Below, piece after piece: positions 16,563 to 23,398 of a stretch of DNA of 29,083 bases; the stretch's first letter is position 1, and every line of letters begins with the position of its first letter. The notes beneath the pieces are model-generated. The model did not search any database and was not told the origin of the DNA. It saw only the letters and a list, made by a program, of their open reading frames with translations. The position numbers and the translations under genes are program-made. The stretch is from Planctomycetota bacterium (GTDB lineage Bacteria; Planctomycetota; B15-G4; JADJEK01), in contig JBGAIQ010000065.1 of assembly GCA_044225365.1 (NCBI GenBank), forward strand, positions 1 through 29,083, written 5' to 3'.

Positions 16563-18593
16563 ATGACGTCGTCGTTCGAGGTGAACGCTGCCACGATTCG
16601 TTTTCTCGAGAGCCACGGCTACGAGGTGGCGTGGAGAGAGCGCGACTTCGTCGAATGCCTGTTGTCGCATGGCGACGAACGATGGCTGGGAATCGGAACG
16701 AGCCGAGACGCAGCGCTCTCGCACGCGCTCTGCCTCGCGCTGCCGTCCGAGCTGGCTCGACGCTCGTTCGCGACGGCGCTTGCGTCGTCGGAAAGCCCCG
16801 CCTCCGTTTCGAGCACGCACGAAGTCGACTCGACACGACGCGCCGAGAGTGACGATCGAGTTGGATCCCCGGACGCCGGCACGAAGAACGGCTCGATCCT
16901 CGAAGAGAGCGATCGATCCGCGTCGCACTCGATCCCGTCGATCGACGAGACCCCCACGAGCGCAGCGCCACGAGGATTTCTCGTCGACGGCACGCCGGAG
17001 CATCCTCAAAAGGATGAAGAGCGCGCGTCGATCCCATCGGTTGCGATGCCCGCCGCCATCGAATCGCCGCCCGCGCGGCGCGCGCCGATCACGCTCCCGC
17101 CGCTCTCGTCCGCAGAAGCGATGGTTCGGCTGTCGGCTCTCGAACAGGACATCCTTGCCACTCGCGACGAGATCGCCGCTTGGTCCCCGTTGCGGCAGCG
17201 CCTCGCGATCGCCGTCTGGACCTGCCAGGGTCGCGCTATCGTCGAGGCGAGCGACCGCCGCGACGTGCACCTCGCAATGGGCCGGATCGTGCCTCACCTC
17301 AAAGAACTGTCCGAACGCTTGTGGCCGGGCAATGTGGAGGTCCTCAAGTTCGAGGCGACCCCGCGCGACGTGCTACTTTCGACGAGCCGAGCGGGCACTC
17401 CGGAGGCCGCGCCCCCTCGCTCGTGGTTCGAGGCGTCGGAATGGGCGGAACGAAAGGTCTCCGAGAACGAACGGGGCGACGAATCCGCCCAGCGCGATGA
17501 TGACGGCTGGCGCGACGCCCGCGCGCTCGTTCCCGAACCCGCGGAACCCGATGCCCTCCTCGATGAGTTGGCCGGGGAAATCGCTGGTACCTCGGGTGTT
17601 CTGGACGCGAAACCAGGGCCCGAGGTCGTCGCCGCGCTGAGGGCGGGAGCGACCCGAGAGTCCGAAGCGCAACGCTGGATCACGTTTGCTCGGCGCGCTC
17701 GCTGGCTGCGATCTTCCGTGGTCGACACGTGGACGTGGGGTTGCATCGTCGGGCGGCTTCGTTTCGTCGCGACTTGTTTGCCGAAGGGCGCGGTCCGGAA
17801 GGGCCTCGATGAGATCCTCGATTCGGACTTCGTTCCCGCGAAGAACTGGGCCTCGGAACTCGGTATCGATCCTCATCGCGACGCGCTCGAGCGGCGAGTC
17901 GAAGCGCTGTTCTCTTCCGTTCCATCCGCCGACGCGGACGACGCGGCGTGGTCGAAGTGGCTCGCCCTCGCGCTCGACGACTCCGAGGTCGCGATCGATC
18001 GCATCGCCGATTCCGTGCCGTCGGGTGCACGCAACCGCATAGCGACGATCGAACCCCAACCCGGAGATCACGAGTCCGGGCGACGATTCCGTCGTAGGTT
18101 GAACAAGCTGCGCGCGCGCCTCACGGAGACGTCGGACCCCAGCGAGAGTTCGACGCCCTCCCCCACTTCCCCGATCGTCGAGAAGTCGCCCCGGTCCTGG
18201 CATGCAGTCACGGACGATCGCCCCGCGTGGATCACCGACGTCGCGGCGCGGATTCGCGGCACTCGGGTCCTCCTGATCTGCAATCGTGCGGATCCCGATG
18301 TCGACGAGACGATCAAGACGATTCTCGGCGTCACGGATTATGAGCGCGTCGAGGACTCGATGCGGCGGGTCCAGTCGGCTTGCGATCGGATTCGAGAGGG
18401 ACGCTACGATGTCGTCCTATCTGCCACAGGATTCCAGTCGCACAAAGTCGACGATCACTTGGCAGAGGCGAGTCGGTTCGCGAAAGTGCGCTACGTACGA
18501 GTCAATCGTGCACGTCCACTAGCCGTGCTGCGCGCATTGGCCCGGGAGCTCGGCCTCATCGATTCGCAGCATCGACTCCGTAACAACGCTTGA
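16563..18593 (+). CDS. Large cytoplasmic multidomain protein with C-terminal DUF2325-like domain
   Basis: 676-aa ORF; C-terminal RVLLICNR...GRYDVVLSATGFQSHKV...VRYVRV resembles the DUF2325 D.V...T.f.SH pattern; two low-complexity linkers. Confidence 0.8.
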   Translation: MTSSFEVNAATIRFLESHGYEVAWRERDFVECLLSHGDERWLGIGTSRDAALSHALCLALPSELARRSFATALASSESPASVSSTHEVDSTRRAESDDRVGSPDAGTKNGSILEESDRSASHSIPSIDETPTSAAPRGFLVDGTPEHPQKDEERASIPSVAMPAAIESPPARRAPITLPPLSSAEAMVRLSALEQDILATRDEIAAWSPLRQRLAIAVWTCQGRAIVEASDRRDVHLAMGRIVPHLKELSERLWPGNVEVLKFEATPRDVLLSTSRAGTPEAAPPRSWFEASEWAERKVSENERGDESAQRDDDGWRDARALVPEPAEPDALLDELAGEIAGTSGVLDAKPGPEVVAALRAGATRESEAQRWITFARRARWLRSSVVDTWTWGCIVGRLRFVATCLPKGAVRKGLDEILDSDFVPAKNWASELGIDPHRDALERRVEALFSSVPSADADDAAWSKWLALALDDSEVAIDRIADSVPSGARNRIATIEPQPGDHESGRRFRRRLNKLRARLTETSDPSESSTPSPTSPIVEKSPRSWHAVTDDRPAWITDVAARIRGTRVLLICNRADPDVDETIKTILGVTDYERVEDSMRRVQSACDRIREGRYDVVLSATGFQSHKVDDHLAEASRFAKVRYVRVNRARPLAVLRALARELGLIDSQHRLRNNA

Positions 18594-18595
18594 CC

Positions 18596-18635
18596 GCCCA
18601 TCGAACGACTCGGCCGACCTTCGTCCGGCCGCGAA
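18596..18635 (+). repeat. Dispersed hairpin repeat, degenerate copy C
   Basis: GCCCATCGAACGACTCGGCCGACCTTCGTCCGGCCGCGAA; 32/40 ungapped identity to the reverse complement of copy B; fills the gap between two convergent stops. Confidence 0.75.
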
Positions 18636-18636
18636 A

Positions 18637-19167
18637 TTACCATTGCGCTGCGCGCGACCTCGCGTCCACCAGGAACTGTTCGAACACCGAGCGCAGCGCT
18701 TCATCGGTCGTCTTCGACATCGAACCGTTCATTCCAAATACGCCCGTCATCGCCGTGCGTCCGAAGTAGCTCTTACCGACGCCCAGGTACACCTTGTTGA
18801 ATCGCTCCTCGGCGTCGCGGCGCACGATGAAACGAAGGGTCGCCCGCGCGGAGAAGTCCTCGACATCGAAGTTCTCGATCTTCACGGCGATCGCGAGGCC
18901 GTTCCCCGGCGCAAAGGCTTCGTTCAAGTAGGACTGCGCGTATTGAGTGAGGGCGTCCCCCACATGGATCGTCCACTTGTTCGCGATACCGGCCGCAAAG
19001 GACCGCATCGAGAAGGTATAGCTGGCGCTGAAGGGATCGATCTCGAACTGCGCCGACACGGGCAGACGCTCGGTCGAAACGGGCGGAATGGGATCGAGCA
19101 CGACGTGATGGCAACCCCCCAGAACCGTGCAGAACGCAGCGAGCACGAAGAAGGGACGACGAAACAT
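18637..19167 (-). CDS. Hypothetical lipoprotein (YajG-like alpha/beta pattern)
   Basis: GGGAG RBS; MFRRPFFVLAAFCTVLGGC lipobox; beta-strands and a C-terminal helix DEALRSVFEQFL. Confidence 0.82.
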   Translation of the reverse strand: MFRRPFFVLAAFCTVLGGCHHVVLDPIPPVSTERLPVSAQFEIDPFSASYTFSMRSFAAGIANKWTIHVGDALTQYAQSYLNEAFAPGNGLAIAVKIENFDVEDFSARATLRFIVRRDAEERFNKVYLGVGKSYFGRTAMTGVFGMNGSMSKTTDEALRSVFEQFLVDARSRAAQW

Positions 19168-19284
19168 ACCCGGCTCCCATTTCACGACCCACGAGTGAAC
19201 GATCTCGCGCCGCCCATTCGAAGGAGCGCACCGGCCCCTCCGCATCGGGGCCACGATGGAACGATATGGCGACGACATCCTGGC

Positions 19285-19326
19285 GCTTCGCAGCCGGGCG
19301 AATGCCGGCCGAGTTCTTCAACGGGC
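19285..19326 (-). repeat. Dispersed hairpin repeat, copy B
   Basis: GCTTCGCAGCCGGGCGAATGCCGGCCGAGTTCTTCAACGGGC, inverted relative to copies A and C. Confidence 0.9.
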
Positions 19327-19514
19327 TACCAGGACGACAAACTACCGAAGACCGAGACGAAGCGGCTGACTGTATTCGAGGATTGCGGTGTCGCCTGGAA
19401 AGGTTCGCTCACCAGCTCTCCGGTAGTGGCAATCGCATCGACCGCTTCGGAGGCGGCGAATGCCGCAACCACGAAAGCGAGATCAGCGAGCCGAGGAAAG
19501 CGAATCTTGGGGAT
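19326..19514 (-). pseudogene. Probable remnant of a secreted-protein gene
   Basis: GGAGGATTCC-ATC has an RBS with ATC where ATG is expected (compare GGAGGACTCC-ATG at 1289). Signal-like PKIRFPRLADLAFVVAAFAASEA follows; TAG stop abuts repeat copy B. Confidence 0.5.
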
Positions 19515-19825
19515 GGAATCCTCCGAGTGCGGACGCGGCCGCGGACCGAAATCGGGAGCCTCGAAGTCGACGACCGGCAACGGTTGAGAGGGTGCGATGC
19601 GATCGAGCGACGCAGGCCGGCAGACCCAGACGACACGCGACGGCCGTTCGACCCATGGCCGAGATCTTTTCGAGTCCTCTCCGCAGCGAAGAACGGCTGG
19701 CGCGCGGCTCTACCCCTGCGATGCCGCAGCGATTTCCTATCGATCCCCTCGTTTTTTGGGTCAACGCAATCGCACCGCATCCGTAGTGAGGATCCGTCCG
19801 CAATCGCGTAGGAAAGTTCAAAGAA

Positions 19826-21124
19826 ATGCTCACCCGTCGAAAGTGGTTCGATCTGTCCGTCCGCACCGGTGCGTCGCTCTTGCTCGCTCCCGGACTCCTC
19901 CGTGCGCTCGAGAAAGCGGACGGCAAACTCCTCCAACGGGCGATCCCGTCCTCCGGCGAGATGCTCCCGGTCATCGGCTTCGGGTCGAGGCCCACGGATG
20001 ACGATGCGATCAAGGGAGTCCTGAAGGCGTTGCTCGACCACGGCGGGAAAGTCGTGGACACGTTGCATGGCGGGCCGCCTGGCGAACAACTCGCCGCGAC
20101 GGTCGCGAAGGAACTCGGGATCCAGAAGAAGATCTTCTGGACGACGCCCGTGTCGGCCGCGATCCCCCTCCTGCCCGGCTACGTCGGCCTGCCGCCGAAG
20201 GTCGAACCCTCGATGGTGAGAGCGCTGGTCGAAGCGAAGCTCGCGGCGTTCGACGTGCCCAAGATCGACGTCGCCCAGGTGCTCATGGGCGACAACGTCG
20301 CGACCCACCTCGCCGTCCTCCGGGAGATGAAGAAGGAAGGTCGCGTGCGATACATCGGCATCACGGACCTCGCTCCGCCTCCGTACTTGAAGAACATCCC
20401 CTTCTATCCGAAGCTCGAGTCGATCCTGCGGAACGAGCCGATCGACTTCATCGGCGTCGATTACTCCGTGGGCGACCGACGCGTCGAGGAGAAGATCCTC
20501 CCGCTAGCGCAAGAGCGGAAGGTCGGCGTGATGGCGTACTTCCCCTTCGACCGCAGCCGCATCTTCCAGCGCGCGAAGAGCACGCCGCTGCCGGAATGGG
20601 CCGCGGAATTCGACGCGAAGACGTGGGCGCAGTTCTTCCTGAAGTACGTCATCAGCCACCCGGCCATCACCGTGGCCCGTACGGGAACGACGAAGCCCGA
20701 ACACATGCTCGACAACCTGGCCGGCGGGATCGGTCGCTTGCCGGACGAGGCGACCCGCAAGCGCATGGCGGAGTTGGTGGACTCGCTTCCTCCGACACCG
20801 CCGCCTGGGCCGCCAAAGCCCCAGAAAGAAACGCCCGAGATCCCGCCGGTCGCGTTGTCCACGGCCATCCTCGACCGCTACGTGGGCGAGTACGAGTACG
20901 CCGCCGTCGGAACGATCGTGACGTTCCGTCGCGACGGGGAGAAGCTGCTCGTGAAGATCGCGGGCAACTTCCCGGAATGCCCGCTCGTCGCGCGCTCGGA
21001 GACTCGTTTCGTCGCTCCCCCGCCATGGGAGGCCTCGATCGAATTCCTGCTCGACGACCACGGCAAGGTGAAAGGCGCCGTCGTGGAGCAAGGTCCCCAG
21101 AAGATCCCGCTCACGCCGACGTGA
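19826..21124 (+). CDS. Tat-exported aldo/keto reductase-like protein fused to a DUF3471-like domain
   Basis: Tat motif TRRKWF; RAIPSSGEMLPVIGFGS, KKEGRVRYIGIT, WAQFFLKYVISHPA, GTTKPEHMLDN; Pro linker; tail ILDRYVGEYE...LVARSETRF. Confidence 0.92.
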   Translation: MLTRRKWFDLSVRTGASLLLAPGLLRALEKADGKLLQRAIPSSGEMLPVIGFGSRPTDDDAIKGVLKALLDHGGKVVDTLHGGPPGEQLAATVAKELGIQKKIFWTTPVSAAIPLLPGYVGLPPKVEPSMVRALVEAKLAAFDVPKIDVAQVLMGDNVATHLAVLREMKKEGRVRYIGITDLAPPPYLKNIPFYPKLESILRNEPIDFIGVDYSVGDRRVEEKILPLAQERKVGVMAYFPFDRSRIFQRAKSTPLPEWAAEFDAKTWAQFFLKYVISHPAITVARTGTTKPEHMLDNLAGGIGRLPDEATRKRMAELVDSLPPTPPPGPPKPQKETPEIPPVALSTAILDRYVGEYEYAAVGTIVTFRRDGEKLLVKIAGNFPECPLVARSETRFVAPPPWEASIEFLLDDHGKVKGAVVEQGPQKIPLTPT

Positions 21125-21182
21125 CGCAACGATTCCGAGGCGAACCACGGTGTCAAGGCTTGCTTCGTGCGCCGGACCCCGC

Positions 21183-21230
21183 CCCATGCACTCTCGCGTG
21201 GGACGCTGAGTGCGTGGGCGGTGCCTTTTT
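21183..21230 (+). terminator. Hairpin plus T-run between convergent genes
   Basis: CCCATGCACTC...GAGTGCGTGGG stem with inner GCGT/ACGC; TTTTT at 21226-21230. Confidence 0.65.
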
Positions 21231-23248
21231 CAAGGAACGATCTCGAGCCGGGCGGGCTCGCTCATCGAGGTGAACGCAGATTGCGATGCGTTCAATGTTC
21301 CGTACGCGTGGTTCAACGTGAGCCCCGCGATGCTGGGCACGGCCGCGGGAATCGTCAAGGTCGCGACCGCTCGCCCCGTTGCATCGAGCGTCCCGAGAGT
21401 GTTTCCGAACGGTGGGACGTTGGGATTCGACAGGACCAGCATCGTGTACGCATCGACATTGAGGGGCACGAAGAGCGAGCCCACGAAGAAGCCCGGGGAA
21501 GTACCGGTTGCCGAACCCAAGAAGAGGTACTTCTTGCCGGCCGCCGCCGGCGAGGCGTTCAGGAAGAGCTTGTGGACGCCTCCGAATGTCGCCGAGATCG
21601 TCTTCGGAAAACCCGTCAGCGTTCCGCCGACCCTCGTCTTCACGATCATCCCGGGCGCATTCAGGATTCCCGCTCGCATGACGACCGTGCCGTCGTCGGC
21701 GAAGGTCATCGTTCTCGAATCACCGTTGGAGTAGGGGTAGAGCGTGGGGCTCCCGAGGAACTGCGAATTCCCGGGCGTGATCTCGATGCTGTCGTTCTGT
21801 TGCGCGACGAGTTGAAGACCCGCGACCGGATCCCAACTGCAGAGAACGACGACCGTCGACGAGCCGAGCTGGCCCGTCGTCTGGAACAGGACCTGACCCG
21901 CGCCGTTCAGGTGTAGCGCCGCGCCCAGTACGTCACCGAGCACGATGCCACCCGACCCGGGGATGACGGTACCCTCGCGCACGACGAGCGAGACATTGCC
22001 CGGCGCGCCGACGAAGATCGCGCTGTCGTTCGCACCGTTCACTCCCGCTCCCGTGATCCTGGACGGGAACGCGACCGTTCCGCTGTCGTTCAGTCGCAGA
22101 TCGACTTCGGCATTCAACAGATTCAGCGTCACCCCCGGCAACCCCGACACGGGATCGCCACGACGCGCCACCAGCGTGTGGCCGCTCGCTGACGCGCGGA
22201 TGAGGACGACGTCGTTGACGTCGAACGTCACCGCCGTGCTGGATCCGATATTGACGAGACCGGAGATCAGCAGGGCCTGGCCAATGGCATTGAAGCCGCA
22301 CTTTCGGCCCGAACCGGCGCTGATCGCGATTTGGAAATCGGAGTACTTCGCTCCAGCGATCGGAGAGGTGTCGCCTTCCCGGAGGATCTGCTGGCGACCT
22401 ACTCCGGGGGTGTGGATCCAGACGCCAATATTGTTTTCGGGTCCCACGATCTGCTGACCGCCGACCGTGACTGCCTTGTATTCGACACGATCGAGGAGCA
22501 CCTGACCCGATGCGTTGATCTGAATCGTCGTCGGAACCGAGAACACCGTGAGATTCGGGCCCACGAGGTCGTCCGTCGCCATCACGCGCACGAGCGCACC
22601 CGGCATTCCTGCGAAAACGGCGCTGCCGTTGATCGCGCCCGACAAAGCGCTCGTGAACGCGACGTGGCCCGAGGGGCTCGCGGCCAACACGAAGCCCAAC
22701 TCGAAGTTCCCGCTCGCGAAGAAGGTCCCGGCTGGCGAATCGGGAGCCTGCGCCCCTTCACGCGCGAGGAGTTGGTAGCCGGTCGACGTTCGCGCGTAGA
22801 AGACGTCGTCGCTCGAGAACGTCACGCCCGGGCCGGAAACTCGGCCGCCCAGCAGAACGGTTCCCGTCGCACTCACCATGTAGTTGTCGAAGATCCGAGC
22901 GATCGATGCGCCGGGAATCGTCGCCGATGGCTCCGGATCACCCCAACGCAGGATCTTCGAGAGGACACCCTTGTCGCCGAGGAAGAGCGCACGATCCGAG
23001 ACCCCGGACTGCGCTCCCCCGCCGAAGAACTGCGACTGGAAGAGCACTCGGCCATCGTCCGCGAGCGCGGGCGGATCCATTCCAATCGTGTTTCCGAACA
23101 CCGCGCCGGGAATCCCGGGAATCGGCATGGACGTGGCGGCCACGACTTCGTGCTGTAGACCGACGATGGACTGCGCGCTCGTTTCCGTGCAACACAGCAC
23201 GACACCCGAGCAGAAGAGGATCGAACCCGCGAACTGTTTGAATGGCAT
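21230..23248 (-). CDS. Secreted NxxGxxAF tandem-repeat (choice-of-anchor type) protein with C-terminal domain
   Basis: GGAGG RBS; signal ending TSA|Q; repeats SPSGHVAF, INASGQVL, LNDSGTVAF, LNGAGQVLF alternating with LAREGAQAP, VARRGDPV, VVREGTVIP. Confidence 0.88.
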   Translation of the reverse strand: MPFKQFAGSILFCSGVVLCCTETSAQSIVGLQHEVVAATSMPIPGIPGAVFGNTIGMDPPALADDGRVLFQSQFFGGGAQSGVSDRALFLGDKGVLSKILRWGDPEPSATIPGASIARIFDNYMVSATGTVLLGGRVSGPGVTFSSDDVFYARTSTGYQLLAREGAQAPDSPAGTFFASGNFELGFVLAASPSGHVAFTSALSGAINGSAVFAGMPGALVRVMATDDLVGPNLTVFSVPTTIQINASGQVLLDRVEYKAVTVGGQQIVGPENNIGVWIHTPGVGRQQILREGDTSPIAGAKYSDFQIAISAGSGRKCGFNAIGQALLISGLVNIGSSTAVTFDVNDVVLIRASASGHTLVARRGDPVSGLPGVTLNLLNAEVDLRLNDSGTVAFPSRITGAGVNGANDSAIFVGAPGNVSLVVREGTVIPGSGGIVLGDVLGAALHLNGAGQVLFQTTGQLGSSTVVVLCSWDPVAGLQLVAQQNDSIEITPGNSQFLGSPTLYPYSNGDSRTMTFADDGTVVMRAGILNAPGMIVKTRVGGTLTGFPKTISATFGGVHKLFLNASPAAAGKKYLFLGSATGTSPGFFVGSLFVPLNVDAYTMLVLSNPNVPPFGNTLGTLDATGRAVATLTIPAAVPSIAGLTLNHAYGTLNASQSAFTSMSEPARLEIVP

Positions 23249-23398
23249 GTCGCCTCCGGATGCCGACGTGACGCGCCGGTTTGGAGGTGAAACGAGTCGG
23301 CATGCTGCTGCGAACTCGGATTCAAGGATCCGGACTCGTGGATCCCACTTCGTCGATCCGATGCAGATCGAAAGTTCGTCGTGCCGACGGCACGCCCG

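Noticed and set aside
11811-19326. Repeat copies as a CRISPR array or integron attC sites
   Set aside because: Only three copies, kilobases apart and in mixed orientation; no spacer periodicity, no RYYYAAC/GTTRRRY boxes, no cas or integrase gene.
19641-19668. Possible fourth copy of the repeat (CGGCCGTTCGACCCATGGCCGAGATCTT)
   Set aside because: About 19/28 identity and the inner stem is lost; not distinguishable from chance at this GC content without a model-based search.
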